This document shows, in pieces, positions 33,383 to 43,577 of a stretch of DNA of 64,000 nucleotides. The position numbers were made by a program, and so were the translations under genes. The stretch comes from Alphaproteobacteria bacterium (GTDB lineage Bacteria; Pseudomonadota; Alphaproteobacteria; Bin95): positions 256,001-320,000 of the forward strand of contig CAXXWS020000003.1 of assembly GCA_963665325.3 (NCBI GenBank), in the 5' to 3' direction. Within the stretch, counting starts at the first letter, position 1, and every line of letters begins with the position of its first letter. Under the pieces are notes generated by a model, which had not been told where the DNA came from, ran no database searches, and was given only the letters and a program-made list of their open reading frames with translations.

Positions 33383-33621
33383 CTCGGCGGAATGTAGGCT
33401 TGGCATTGTTTCAGAGGCCAAGGTTTCTTGCGCCTCCCATATGGGAGGAATAAACAGGAAAAGTGGCCATCGCCCGGCTCGTTCCGGCCAATTGTCATGA
33501 GGATCCGGTCGGGCGGAGACGCGAGACCCATGGCTCGGGCGGTCCGGCGGCGGACCGGAGATGCCGCGCGCCCCGGAACCCCCGGCGAAATGTCATGTTT
33601 TGTCATGGGGCGGGGTTGCGG

Positions 33622-34185
33622 TCATGGCTTGTTGCCCGCCGGGGCCCCGCTTCTTGCGCGGTCGAGACAACGGGCGATGGAGTCCTCCGTGCGTCGCCGC
33701 TGCCGCTCGCGCCATGCCCTGTATTCGGGCGTCTTCAGGTCGCCGACGAATCTCCGTCCGCTGACATTGCATTCGAGCAGCCTGTCGTCGCGGCTCCCGT
33801 CCAGCGGGACCGGCCCGACCCGGCGCTCCGGGTCTTCCAGCCATGCCTCGAACCCGGGCGTCTCCTGGCTGCCGACCCAAGCCTCGCCGCAATAGTGGAA
33901 CTCGTATTCGCCGCCGTCATAGTCGGACACCGCCAGGGGCGGCGGCTCCCACGGCTCCTCTTCGGGTTCCGGGGCCGGCTCCGGCTCGGGCATATGCGCG
34001 GCGCTCCAGTCGAGCACGGCGAGGAGTTCGCGCAGATGAGCGAGCCGTGCGCGCCCGGTGCAGTGGCATTCGGCGCGGGCGCGGTCGTCGGGCGGCGGCG
34101 GTTCGGCACCCATGTCCTGGGCATAGGTTGCTGCGAGGGCTTCGGCGGCCGGCACCAGCCTGGGGCGGGGATCGGTTGCGGTCAT
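33622..34185 (-). CDS. Hypothetical protein carried by element copy B
   Basis: 187-aa ORF with AGGAG RBS, Pro/Glu linker and two internal VGxxxTPxxxAW repeats; homologous remnant at 23001-23222. Confidence 0.6.
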   Translation of the reverse strand: MTATDPRPRLVPAAEALAATYAQDMGAEPPPPDDRARAECHCTGRARLAHLRELLAVLDWSAAHMPEPEPAPEPEEEPWEPPPLAVSDYDGGEYEFHYCGEAWVGSQETPGFEAWLEDPERRVGPVPLDGSRDDRLLECNVSGRRFVGDLKTPEYRAWRERQRRRTEDSIARCLDRARSGAPAGNKP

Positions 34186-34385
34186 CTCGTCTCCTAGCCG
34201 GTCCGGGAGCGGCGGGTCCCTTTACCGCGCGCGGTTTGCGCGCGGGTGCGGGCGCCTGTCGGCGCCGGCGCGGTTCGTGCGCCTGATTGCGCGCGCGAGC
34301 CGCAGGGCGCACCTCTCCCGTCTGTATTGCGGGTATTTTTTCGGATCGGAGGGAAGTGGCCCCGGACGCCTCTTCCCTCAAGGAC

Positions 34386-34437
34386 AGTCTAGCACAGTTT
34401 CTCTCAGGTCAAGCCCTATTAGGAACAAAAAGCGAAT
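34386..34437 (-). promoter_or_regulatory. Sigma70-like promoter with LexA-box-like motif (copy B)
   Basis: GAAC-AAAAAGC-GAAT at 34423-34437 (alphaproteobacterial box GTTC-N7-GTTC, one mismatch), 10 nt before TTGACC; candidate -10 TAGACT is only 15 nt from the -35. Confidence 0.55.
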
Positions 34438-34492
34438 AATTTCGAATTTTCCGGGATTCGGCCGGACCGCAAATTGCTCTACTCTGGCGCCC

Positions 34493-35182
34493 ATGCCCTT
34501 CATGCCGATCCACGACGACAATGAGCGCACGCGCATCGAGACGCCGTTCGTCACCTGGGGGGCTATCCTGCTTTGCGTGGTCGCCTTCATCTGGCAGGCG
34601 GGGCTGCCGGAAGCGGTGGAATACCGCAGGCTGCTGGCGCTCGGCTTCGTGCCGGGGCGGCTGCTGGGCGATCTGCACTTGCGCCCGGACCTCGCCATCC
34701 TGCCGGCATCCTTCTCCCTGGTGACGACGCAGTTCCTGCACGGCGATTTCGCGCATCTGCTCGGCAACATGGCCTTCCTCTACATCTTCGGCGACAATGT
34801 CGAGGACGCGATGGGCCATCTGCGCTTCGCGGCTTTCTTCCTGCTTTGCGGCGTGCTCGCCGCGCTGGCGCACGGGCTGACGGACCCTTCCTCGGCAGTG
34901 CCGCTGATCGGGGCGAGCGGCGCCATTTCGGGCATATTGGGGGCCTATCTGGTGCTGAGCCCGCGCGCGCGCATCCTGGTGCTGTTCTTCGTCGTGCCGC
35001 TGCGCCTGCCGGCCTGGCTGCTGGTCGCGGGCTGGTTCGCCGTGCAGTTCTTCTTCGGGCTCTCGACCTTCGGGGAGGATGCGAAGGTCGCCTACTGGGC
35101 GCATATCGGCGGCTTCGCGGCCGGCATCGCGCTGCTGCCGTTCTTCAGGGTCGCTGCGCCACGCCCGGACGGAGCCGGGTAA
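34493..35182 (+). CDS. Rhomboid family intramembrane serine protease
   Basis: FLHGDFAHLLGNM, FGDNVED, GASGA, AHIGGF. Confidence 0.93.
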   Translation: MPFMPIHDDNERTRIETPFVTWGAILLCVVAFIWQAGLPEAVEYRRLLALGFVPGRLLGDLHLRPDLAILPASFSLVTTQFLHGDFAHLLGNMAFLYIFGDNVEDAMGHLRFAAFFLLCGVLAALAHGLTDPSSAVPLIGASGAISGILGAYLVLSPRARILVLFFVVPLRLPAWLLVAGWFAVQFFFGLSTFGEDAKVAYWAHIGGFAAGIALLPFFRVAAPRPDGAG

Positions 35183-36632
35183 AAGCGAGCGCGCCGGGGT
35201 CGGCTGCCACGGGGCCCGGCGCGGCGGCGACCAGCACCTCGCCCGCGATCGGCCCGAAATCGGCGCGAAAATGCACCGAGCTCTTGAGCGCGAGGATGCG
35301 GCAGTCCGCCGGCTCCACGCCCAGATGGCGGAACATCTCCCGGTCCGCCGCCTGCACCTTGCGGCTCGCCACCGCCACCTGCACGCCGCCCGGAAGCTCC
35401 AGCAGCGCCATAGGCCCTAGCTGCATCCGGTTGCCGCCATAGAAAGGGCCGGTACAGGTGAACGTCCCGTCTCCGAGACGGCGCACCTTGGCATCGGTCT
35501 CGAACGGAGCGTCGCCCGGAATGCCGGAGCGTCCGCCGAGCGCGAGCGCGACCCGGCCGCCCGCACCGGCTTCATGCGCCGCTTCGGCCGCCTCGGCGTC
35601 GATCAGCAGGCCCAACACCGCGCCCTCCGGGCTTCGGGCCGCGAGTGCGCGCAAGAGGCCCGTCGTATCTCCGTTGCCGCCGCCGCCCGGATTGTCGCAA
35701 CTGTCCGCGATGACCGCCGGCCGGCCGGCCCGGCCCGCCCGGTTCGCACGCGCCACCGCTTCTTCGGGGGAGAGGAAATCGGCGGCAAAGCGCCCTCGCG
35801 CCGCAAGCACCTCGTCCGCCAGCGCATCCGCGGCCTCTGCGGCGCCGCGTTCGTCGCCCGCATAGGCAAGCGCCGCCGGCCCGCAATCCGGCGTGTCGGC
35901 AAGCGGGAAGCCTCCCGCAAGAGACACCGAAGCGACCGCGCCCCGTTCCCGCTCGTCGAGGCCCGCATAGAGGCCCTGCGCCGGCTCGATCAGCGTGCAT
36001 TGCGCTGTGAGCGGGATGAGGAAGGAGATCTGCCGGAACGCCTTGGCCGGTCGTCCCTCGGCGAAGATGCGTTCGAGGAGGCGGGCGGTGCGCGCCCCCG
36101 TCTCCGCCATGTCGACATGCGGATAGGTGCGGAACACGACCAGCGCATCCGCCCGGTCCGCCATCAGCGGCGAGACATTGGCGTGGAGATCAAGGCTCGC
36201 GATCAGCGGGATATCCGGTCCGATGACGGCGCGCACGCGGCGCAGCAACTCGCCCTCGCCGTCCTCCAGATGCTCCGCGACCATCGCGCCGTGCAGGTCC
36301 AGATAGACCGCGTCCACCGGCCCGGCGTCCCGCAGCTCGTCCACCATCATGCCGGCGATGCGCTCATAGGCCTCCTCCTCGACCTCCGCCGAGGGGCTGG
36401 CATTGGCCCAGACCAGCGGCGCGAAGCTGCGCCCCGAAGCGCGCGCCGCCTCCAGGAAGCCCGCCATCGGCAGGTTTATGCCGGCCGTGTCGGCGAGAAC
36501 CGCCTCGCCCCGGCAGAGGCCGGGCCAGCCGTCGGCGCGCCGGAACATCTCGAAGCTTGCCTTTGTCGGCGCAAAGGTATTCGTCTCATGGTGAAAACCG
36601 CCGACCGCAATCCGCATGGGCCCCGACTCCAT
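35145..36632 (-). CDS. M81 family metallopeptidase (MlrC-like)
   Basis: HETNTF, LHGAM, DLHAN, YPHVD, DNPGGG, LKSSVHFRADF. Confidence 0.92.
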   Translation of the reverse strand: MESGPMRIAVGGFHHETNTFAPTKASFEMFRRADGWPGLCRGEAVLADTAGINLPMAGFLEAARASGRSFAPLVWANASPSAEVEEEAYERIAGMMVDELRDAGPVDAVYLDLHGAMVAEHLEDGEGELLRRVRAVIGPDIPLIASLDLHANVSPLMADRADALVVFRTYPHVDMAETGARTARLLERIFAEGRPAKAFRQISFLIPLTAQCTLIEPAQGLYAGLDERERGAVASVSLAGGFPLADTPDCGPAALAYAGDERGAAEAADALADEVLAARGRFAADFLSPEEAVARANRAGRAGRPAVIADSCDNPGGGGNGDTTGLLRALAARSPEGAVLGLLIDAEAAEAAHEAGAGGRVALALGGRSGIPGDAPFETDAKVRRLGDGTFTCTGPFYGGNRMQLGPMALLELPGGVQVAVASRKVQAADREMFRHLGVEPADCRILALKSSVHFRADFGPIAGEVLVAAAPGPVAADPGALAFTRLRPGVAQRP

Positions 36633-36672
36633 CCGCCGCCCGCGACGCTAACAGAAAGGCCGATTGCCGCCC

Positions 36673-38010
36673 ATGCGCCTGCGCCGCCGCCTCGTCCTCG
36701 GCCATCTGGCCGATCTGTACCGTCTCGCCCTGCCGGTCGTGGTCAGCCGCGCCGGCGTGCTGGCCATGACGGTCGCCGACACGGTGATCGTCGGCCGCTA
36801 TGCCTCGGTGGAACTGGGTTATCTCTCGCTCGGCGTCGCGGTCTATCTGCCGCTGCTGCTGACGGTGATGGGGCTGCTGACGGGCACCACGGTGGCGGCC
36901 GCACAGGCCATGGGGCGCGGCCAGCCGGCGGAGTGCGGAGCCGCGTGGCGGCGCGCGGTGCCGGTTGCGCTCGGCTTCGGCGCCGTCGGCGTGGCTCTCG
37001 GGCTGTTCGGGCGCGAGGTGCTCCTGCTCACCGGGCAGAGCGAAGACGTGGCGGCGGGCGCAGGCCGTGTGTTCTTCATCCTGGCACTCGGCTATCCGGC
37101 CGGCTTCCTCTATTTCGCCTCGGCCTTCTTCCTGGAGGGCATCCGGCGGCCGCGGCCGGTCGCCTGGGCCATCGTCGCCGCCAACCTGGTCAACATTCCG
37201 GCCGACCTCCTGCTCGTGCATGGCATGTTCGGCCTTCCCGAACTGGGAGCGGAAGGATCGGCCTGGGCCACCACGGTAATCCGCTGGGGCTTGGCGGCCT
37301 TTCTCTTCGCCTATGTGTTCTGGATGACCGGCCGAACGCGGCTCGGCGTCCGGACCCGCGCTGCATGGGCATGGCGGCGCTGGCGGGTGCAGCGCACGGT
37401 CGGCTATGCGGCGGCTGTGGCCATCTTTGTCGAGATGGGGGCCTTTACCGCCATTCACCTGTTCTCCGGCTGGCTCGGCACGGTTCCCCTCGCAGTATTC
37501 ACCGTCGTGCTGAATGTCCTTTCGGTGGTGTTCATGGTCGCGAACGGGGTCGGCATCGCCACCAGCGTGCGCATCGGCAACGCCTTCGGACGCGGCGACC
37601 GCAAGCGCTGGATCGCCGCCGGCTGGCTCGGCCTCGCCGTCACCCTTTGCCTCATGGGTCTTGCCGGGGCCGCCATGGCGGTCTTCGCCCGTCCTCTTGC
37701 CGGAATCTACACGTCCGAGGCGGCCGTCCTGGCGGCGACGGTGCCGGTAATGGTGCTCGCCGGGCTGATGCCGCTCTGCGACGGCGGCCAGACGCTGATG
37801 CTGAACGCGCTGCGCGGCTGCGCCGACGCGTGGATCCCGACGGCGCTGCAGGCCTTTGCCTTTATCGGCTGCATGGTGCCGCTCTCCCTCCTGCTCGCTT
37901 TCGAGTTGGAACGCGGCGTCGCGGGGCTGATCGAGGCGGTGATCGTCTCGACGGCGATATCGCTCGGGCTTCTGTGCGCGCGCTTCGTCATGCTATCGCG
38001 GCGGCCGTGA
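36673..38010 (+). CDS. MATE family efflux transporter
   Basis: LALPVV, DTVIVGR, ANLVNIPAD, GMFGLPELGAEG, RIGNAFG, DGGQ; many TM segments. Confidence 0.9.
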   Translation: MRLRRRLVLGHLADLYRLALPVVVSRAGVLAMTVADTVIVGRYASVELGYLSLGVAVYLPLLLTVMGLLTGTTVAAAQAMGRGQPAECGAAWRRAVPVALGFGAVGVALGLFGREVLLLTGQSEDVAAGAGRVFFILALGYPAGFLYFASAFFLEGIRRPRPVAWAIVAANLVNIPADLLLVHGMFGLPELGAEGSAWATTVIRWGLAAFLFAYVFWMTGRTRLGVRTRAAWAWRRWRVQRTVGYAAAVAIFVEMGAFTAIHLFSGWLGTVPLAVFTVVLNVLSVVFMVANGVGIATSVRIGNAFGRGDRKRWIAAGWLGLAVTLCLMGLAGAAMAVFARPLAGIYTSEAAVLAATVPVMVLAGLMPLCDGGQTLMLNALRGCADAWIPTALQAFAFIGCMVPLSLLLAFELERGVAGLIEAVIVSTAISLGLLCARFVMLSRRP

Positions 38011-38468
38011 AACATCCGGTTGAGAAGATCGTTTCGGGCGGGCAGACGGGCGTGGACCGCGCCGGGCTCGACGCCGGGCTGGCGCTGGGCCTTGCGGTTG
38101 GCGGCCGGTGCCCGCGCGGACGTCGTGCCGAGGACGGTCCGATACCCGTGCATTATCCGTTGCAGGAGACGGCAAGCGCCTCTTACCGGGTGCGGACGCG
38201 GTTGAATGTCCGCGACAGCGACGCCACGCTGATCCTGTGCCGGGGCGCGCTCAGGGGCGGCACACGCCTCACCGCCGCCATTGCCCGCCGAATGGGGCGG
38301 CCGCTGCGCATTGCCGACCTCTCTCGCCGCGTGCAGGCGCCCGCCGCTGCGGCCTGGCTCAGGCGCCACGGCGTCATCCGGCTCAATATCGCCGGCCCGC
38401 GCGAAAGCCAGGCGCCCGGCATCGGCGCCGAGGCCCGGCGCTTCCTCATGCGCGTTCTGGCTCCGTGA
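38007..38468 (+). CDS. Putative molybdenum carrier / YpsA-like SLOG protein
   Basis: GTGA overlap with the MATE stop. KIVSGGQTGVDRAGLD, RTRLNVRDSDATL, LNIAGPRES. Confidence 0.85.
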   Translation: MKHPVEKIVSGGQTGVDRAGLDAGLALGLAVGGRCPRGRRAEDGPIPVHYPLQETASASYRVRTRLNVRDSDATLILCRGALRGGTRLTAAIARRMGRPLRIADLSRRVQAPAAAAWLRRHGVIRLNIAGPRESQAPGIGAEARRFLMRVLAP

Positions 38469-39958
38469 ACGGGGAGGAGGCGTTCGGCGGCAAGGACCTC
38501 TCGGCGCTCCGGCGGGCGTCGATCCTCGCCGCTGTGACACTCTCAACAACGCTTTACGGCACCACCGTGCTCGTCGTCTCGACCGTGCTGCCGCAAATGC
38601 AGGGCTCGCTGTCGGCGACGCAGGACCAGATCTCCTGGGCGATGACCTTCAACATCGTCGCGACCGCCATCGTGACGCCGATGACAGGCTGGCTGACGGG
38701 GCGGTTCGGGCGCCGCGCGGTGATGCTCTGGGGCATGGCGATCTTCGGTGCGGCGACGCTCGGCTGCGGTTTCGCGACATCGCTGGAGATGCTGGTGCTC
38801 TTCCGCGTCATCCAGGGCGCGGCCGGGGCGCCGATCATCCCGCTCGCCCAGGCCATCACCCAGGACACCTATCCGCGCGCCCTGCACGGCACGGCCATGG
38901 CGGCTTTCGGCATGGGCGTCGTCGTCGGCCCCGTGATCGGGCCGGTGGTGGGCGGCTATCTGACCGAAGCCTATAATTGGCGCTGGGCCTTCTTCATGGT
39001 GGTGCCGGTGGCGGGCCTGAGCTGGCTTGCGATGTGGCTGGTGCTGACCGACGGCGGCAAGCTGCGGGCGGCGCGCCTCGACTGGACCGGCTTCCTCGCG
39101 CTCTCCGTCGCCGTCGTCTGCTTCCAGCTGATGATGGACCGGGGCGAGCGCCGCGACTGGTTCGACTCCACAGAGATCGTGCTCGAAGCCTGTTTGGCCG
39201 GCATCGGCCTCTACATCTTCCTGGCGCACAGCCTGACCACCCGGCGCCCCTTCCTGAATCTCAAGCTGCTGCTCGACCGGAACTATGCGCTCGGGCTCTG
39301 CATCGTCGGCATATACGGCATGCTGAACTTCACCCCGATGGTGATGCTGCCGCCGATGCTGCAGGACCTTGCGGGCTTCCCGAACGCCGTGGTCGGCCAG
39401 CTGGTGGCGGCGCGGGGCGTGGGCGCAATTCTCGGCTTCTTCCTCGCCATGTATGTCGGCAAGCTCGACCCGCGCATCGGCATGAGCACAGGCTTCGCCA
39501 TCATGGCGGCATCCGGCTGGATCATGATGCAGTTCGACGCCAACGCCACCTGGTGGGACGTGGCGCTGGTCTCCTGGATGCAGGGTGTCGCCGTCGGCAT
39601 CACCTGGGTGCCGCTCACGGTCGCGACCTTCTCGACCCTGCCCCCGCGCTATCTGGCGGAGACCTCCTCGGTCTATCACCTGATGCGCAATCTGGGCTCC
39701 AGCTTCTTCATCTCGGTGAGCGTGACCGTGCTGGTGCGCACGGGCGGCGAGAATTACGGGCGGCTCACGGAATTCGTCTCGCCCTATAACGAGGCGCTGG
39801 CGGTGATCGACACGGGCACGGCGTCGGGTCTCGCTGCGCTCAGCAGCGAGATCGGCCAGCAGGCCACGATGATCGGCTATCTCAACGCCTTCACCGCCTA
39901 CACCGCCGTCGCGCTCGCCGCGCTCCCGCTGTTGCTCCTGATGCGCATAAGGCGCTGA
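38465..39958 (+). CDS. DHA2 family MFS efflux transporter (EmrB/QacA)
   Basis: LPQMQGSLSATQDQISW, GRFGRR, GPVIGPVVGG, WRWAF, LMRNLGSS. Confidence 0.92.
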   Translation: MNGEEAFGGKDLSALRRASILAAVTLSTTLYGTTVLVVSTVLPQMQGSLSATQDQISWAMTFNIVATAIVTPMTGWLTGRFGRRAVMLWGMAIFGAATLGCGFATSLEMLVLFRVIQGAAGAPIIPLAQAITQDTYPRALHGTAMAAFGMGVVVGPVIGPVVGGYLTEAYNWRWAFFMVVPVAGLSWLAMWLVLTDGGKLRAARLDWTGFLALSVAVVCFQLMMDRGERRDWFDSTEIVLEACLAGIGLYIFLAHSLTTRRPFLNLKLLLDRNYALGLCIVGIYGMLNFTPMVMLPPMLQDLAGFPNAVVGQLVAARGVGAILGFFLAMYVGKLDPRIGMSTGFAIMAASGWIMMQFDANATWWDVALVSWMQGVAVGITWVPLTVATFSTLPPRYLAETSSVYHLMRNLGSSFFISVSVTVLVRTGGENYGRLTEFVSPYNEALAVIDTGTASGLAALSSEIGQQATMIGYLNAFTAYTAVALAALPLLLLMRIRR

Positions 39959-40036
39959 CGGGCGGCGGCGAACAGCCCCCTTCCGCCCAGGCAACCGGCA
40001 TGTCAGGATTCCCGCATGCGGAAAGGAGACAGGGCG

Positions 40037-41620
40037 ATGACGCGGCGGAAGTTCTGGGGCTGGGGGAAGGTCGGCGAGGGTTTCACCGACGAGGAAATGA
40101 AGCCGTTCGAGGCGGACTATGCGGCGGTCTTCGGCGTGGACGGCTTCGAGGCCAGGCCCTTCCCGACCATCGACGAGATCGAGATCGCCCCGCCGCGCCT
40201 GGAGCCCCCGGCGTCGCTTGCGCCCGTCTGCACGGACGACAAGTGGGACCGCCTGGTCCACACCTTCGGGCGGTCCTTCCACGAGCAGGTCCGCGTCATG
40301 AACCGCGACTTCGCCGGCGCGCCCGACCTTGTCGCCCGGCCGCGCGACGAGGGCGAGGTCGCCGCGCTGCTCGACTGGTGCGGCGAAGCGGGTGCGGCCG
40401 CCATTCCCTTCGGCGGCGGCTCCTCGGTGGTAGGCGGCGTGCATCCGGATGTCGGCGGCGCGTTCAAGGCCGCGGTCTCCATCGACATGGGGGCCATGGA
40501 CCAAGTGCTGGAAATCGACCGGACATCGAGAGCGGCACGCATACAGGCCGGCGTCTACGGCCCGCACCTGGAGGACCAGCTCCGCCCGCACGACCTGACC
40601 TTGCGCTACTACCCGCAGAGCTTCGAATACTCGACCCTGGGCGGCTGGATCGCGACGCGCGGCGGCGGCCACTACGCCACCATGCTCACCCACATCGACG
40701 ACGTGACCGAGAGCGTGCGCGCGGTGACGCCGGCGGGCGTGCATGACAGCTTCCGCCTGCCGGGCTCCGGCGCCGGCCCAAGCCCCGACCGGCTGTTCCT
40801 CGGCTCGGAGGGCGCGCTCGGCATCGTCACCGAAGCCTGGATGCGCATTCAGGACCGTCCCACTTTCCGCGACGGCCGGTCGATCGAGTTCACCAGCTTC
40901 ATGGACGGCGTGGAAGCCGTCCGCGCCATTTCCCAGGCAGGCCTCTATCCCGCCAATCTGCGCCTGCTCGACCATGGCGAGGTGCGCTGGTCGGGGGCCG
41001 GGGACGGCTCGGCCGCGGTGCTGGTGCTGGGCTTCGAGGGCGCCGACCACCCGCTCGACGCCTGGATGGCGCGCGCGCTCGAATGCTGCCGGGACCATGG
41101 CGGGCGGCTTCCGGAAGAGGCCGGCGGCGGCGGGAATGCGGCCGCGCGCTGGCGCGACGCCTTCATCAAGGGCGGGCACATGCGCGAGATGCTGACCGCC
41201 CGCGCCATCATCCGCGAGACCTTCGAGACGGCGATCACCTGGGACCGGTTCGAGGCGTTCCATCGGGAGGTGGCGGGCGCGGCGGAGCGGGCGCTGCAGG
41301 AAGCAACGGGGCGGCCGGGAATCGTCGCCTGCCGCTTCACGCACGTCTATCCCGACGGGCCGGCGCCCTATTTCACCTTCATCGGTCTGGGCGAGCAGGG
41401 CCGGCTTTCGGCGCAGTACGACACGGTCAAGAACGCGGTCTCCGACGCGATCATCGAGGCCGGCGGTACCATTACCCACCACCATGCCGTCGGGCGCGAC
41501 CACATGCCCTGGTACAACCGCCAGCGCTCCGATGTCTTCGCGGCCGCATTGAAGGGCGCCAAGGCCGCACTCGACCCGGCCGGCATCATGAATCCGGGCG
41601 TCCTGCTCCCGGCGCCTTAG
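40037..41620 (+). CDS. FAD-binding oxidoreductase (alkyl-DHAP synthase-like)
   Basis: PFGGGSSVVGG, PQSFEYSTLGGW, GSEGALG, THHHAVG, DPAGIMNPG. Confidence 0.9.
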   Translation: MTRRKFWGWGKVGEGFTDEEMKPFEADYAAVFGVDGFEARPFPTIDEIEIAPPRLEPPASLAPVCTDDKWDRLVHTFGRSFHEQVRVMNRDFAGAPDLVARPRDEGEVAALLDWCGEAGAAAIPFGGGSSVVGGVHPDVGGAFKAAVSIDMGAMDQVLEIDRTSRAARIQAGVYGPHLEDQLRPHDLTLRYYPQSFEYSTLGGWIATRGGGHYATMLTHIDDVTESVRAVTPAGVHDSFRLPGSGAGPSPDRLFLGSEGALGIVTEAWMRIQDRPTFRDGRSIEFTSFMDGVEAVRAISQAGLYPANLRLLDHGEVRWSGAGDGSAAVLVLGFEGADHPLDAWMARALECCRDHGGRLPEEAGGGGNAAARWRDAFIKGGHMREMLTARAIIRETFETAITWDRFEAFHREVAGAAERALQEATGRPGIVACRFTHVYPDGPAPYFTFIGLGEQGRLSAQYDTVKNAVSDAIIEAGGTITHHHAVGRDHMPWYNRQRSDVFAAALKGAKAALDPAGIMNPGVLLPAP

Positions 41621-41689
41621 CCGACCCTGGCAACCGCCTCACTATCTTCATCCTGTCGCCATGTTCCCGTGTCGAGCCCGCGCCCACCG

Positions 41690-42421
41690 CTACCCCGGAA
41701 AGTCGCAGCGGAGCGCGGTGACCTGGACGAAGGACCGGGAACCGGCGCGGGCGGCGAAGCGGTATTCGTTGCCGGCGAAGCGCACGGAATGGTCGAGCGG
41801 CAGCTTGCCCTGCGCCTCCGTGGCGTCGCCGCCAATGGCCGTGAACCGGAGCGAGACGGGAGCCGCCGGGTCGAACCAGGCCTCGGGCAGGCCCGCCTCC
41901 GTCAGTTCCGCCGCGCCCTCGCCGGTGACCGTGATCGCGCCTTCGGCGAATTGCGCCGAGGCATTGGCGCCGTCGTGGAGAGGCGTCGCAAGCACGAACC
42001 GTTTGGTGACCGGCTCCGGGTCGCATTCCGGCTCGGGCCCGGCTTCGTTGAGGAGAAAGGCGATCCGGGCCTCGTCGAGGCCGGCGTTTATCCGCTCCAC
42101 AAGCATTTCGAAGAGTGCCTTGCGTTCGCCCGTCGGCACCTCGCGGTCGTAGCGGGCCTGAAGCGCACTCTCACCCTGGACCGCCGCAAGCCGCCGCCTG
42201 TCGAGTTCGGCCTTTTCGGCCTCCAGCCGCGCAATGTCGGCATCCTGGGCCGCCAGCCTCTCCTCCATGCGATCGATGCGGTATTGCGTGCGGGTGGCGC
42301 CCGTCTCGTAGGCGAACACGCCGACCGCAATGACCGCAGCCAGCAGCAGGATCCGCTTGACCAGAGTCCAGCGTCGGGCCTGGGCGGCCATCCTGCGGCC
42401 TTCCTTCAATCCGATCGCCAT
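41690..42421 (-). CDS. Hypothetical membrane-anchored coiled-coil protein
   Basis: N-terminal TM ([15 protein letters not shown]), coiled coil, host-like codon usage. Confidence 0.65.
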   Translation of the reverse strand: MAIGLKEGRRMAAQARRWTLVKRILLLAAVIAVGVFAYETGATRTQYRIDRMEERLAAQDADIARLEAEKAELDRRRLAAVQGESALQARYDREVPTGERKALFEMLVERINAGLDEARIAFLLNEAGPEPECDPEPVTKRFVLATPLHDGANASAQFAEGAITVTGEGAAELTEAGLPEAWFDPAAPVSLRFTAIGGDATEAQGKLPLDHSVRFAGNEYRFAARAGSRSFVQVTALRCDFPG

Positions 42422-42539
42422 GCGTTCGCTCCTGCGCCGGCTAAACCGCCGCGAGGGATGTTTATCTCAAATCCCGGCCCGTTTTGACAGGCTCCGCACG
42501 GCCTGCAATGGTCTCCAACACTGGCGGAGCCGGGCGGCC

Positions 42540-43571
42540 GTGACCCTGAGCACCAGCGATTTCGATTTCGACCTGCCTTCCGAGCTGATCGCGCAGCAGC
42601 CCGCGGAGCCGCGCGACGCGGCGCGGCTGCTGCATGTGGGCGACCGCTTGGCAGACCGCAACATCGCCGACCTGCCGGCACTGCTCCGGCCCGGCGACCT
42701 GATGGTCGTCAACGACACGCGGGTGATCCCCGCCCGGCTTTACGGACAACGCCGGGAGGCCAGGGTCGAGGCCCTGCTGCACAAGCGTCTGGACGACAAG
42801 CGCTGGCTGGCCTTCGCGCGGCCCGGCAGGCGCCTAAGGGAGGGCGACCGGATTACCTTTCCCGGCGGGCTCGAAGCGGTGCTGGAGGAGCGGCGGGCGG
42901 GCGGAGAAGTCGCACTGGCCTTCTCGGCGGAGGGGGCCGCGCTGGACGCGGCGCTGGAGGCGCACGGCTCGATGCCGCTGCCGCCCTATATCAAGCGATC
43001 GAGGGGCGGCGACCCGGACGACCGGGATGCCTACCAGACCGTGTTCGCCCGCGAGCCGGGATCGGTCGCCGCGCCTACAGCCGGGTTGCATTTCAGCTCC
43101 CGGCTGCTGGCGGCACTGGAGGCGCGCGGCATCGAGCGCGCGGCCGTCACTCTGCATGTCGGCGCCGGCACCTTCCTGCCGGTTCGCACGGAGGACCCGG
43201 CTCGGCACCGGATGCACAGCGAATGGGGACGCATCACGGAGGAGACGGCGGCGCACATCCGGGAGCGCAAGGGCCGGCTGGTGGCGGCGGGCACCACTGC
43301 GCTTCGCCTGCTGGAGACGGCGGCCGATCCTTCGGGCGAGGTGGCGCCCTGGGAGGGGGAGACCGACATATTCCTGCGGCCCGGCGGCAGGCAGGTTCGG
43401 ACGGCCGACCTGCTGCTTACCAATTTCCACCTGCCGCGCTCGACGCTGTTCATGCTCGTCGCCGCCTTCGCCGGGCTTGAGCGGATGCGCGCCGCCTACG
43501 CCCATGCCGTCAGGCAGCGCTACCGCTTCTTCTCCTACGGCGACGCCTGCCTGCTGGAGCGTCGGGACTGA
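42540..43571 (+). CDS. queA: S-adenosylmethionine:tRNA ribosyltransferase-isomerase
   Basis: [58 protein letters not shown]. Confidence 0.97.
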   Translation: MTLSTSDFDFDLPSELIAQQPAEPRDAARLLHVGDRLADRNIADLPALLRPGDLMVVNDTRVIPARLYGQRREARVEALLHKRLDDKRWLAFARPGRRLREGDRITFPGGLEAVLEERRAGGEVALAFSAEGAALDAALEAHGSMPLPPYIKRSRGGDPDDRDAYQTVFAREPGSVAAPTAGLHFSSRLLAALEARGIERAAVTLHVGAGTFLPVRTEDPARHRMHSEWGRITEETAAHIRERKGRLVAAGTTALRLLETAADPSGEVAPWEGETDIFLRPGGRQVRTADLLLTNFHLPRSTLFMLVAAFAGLERMRAAYAHAVRQRYRFFSYGDACLLERRD

Positions 43572-43577
43572 TCCCGC

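Larger units (their letters stand above)
33490..34445 (-). repeat. Dispersed element copy B (most complete copy)
   Basis: Reverse-strand homolog of copy A: core 34262-34290, hairpin 34351-34377, ATGTCATGTTTTGTCATG at about 33590-33607. Confidence 0.85.
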
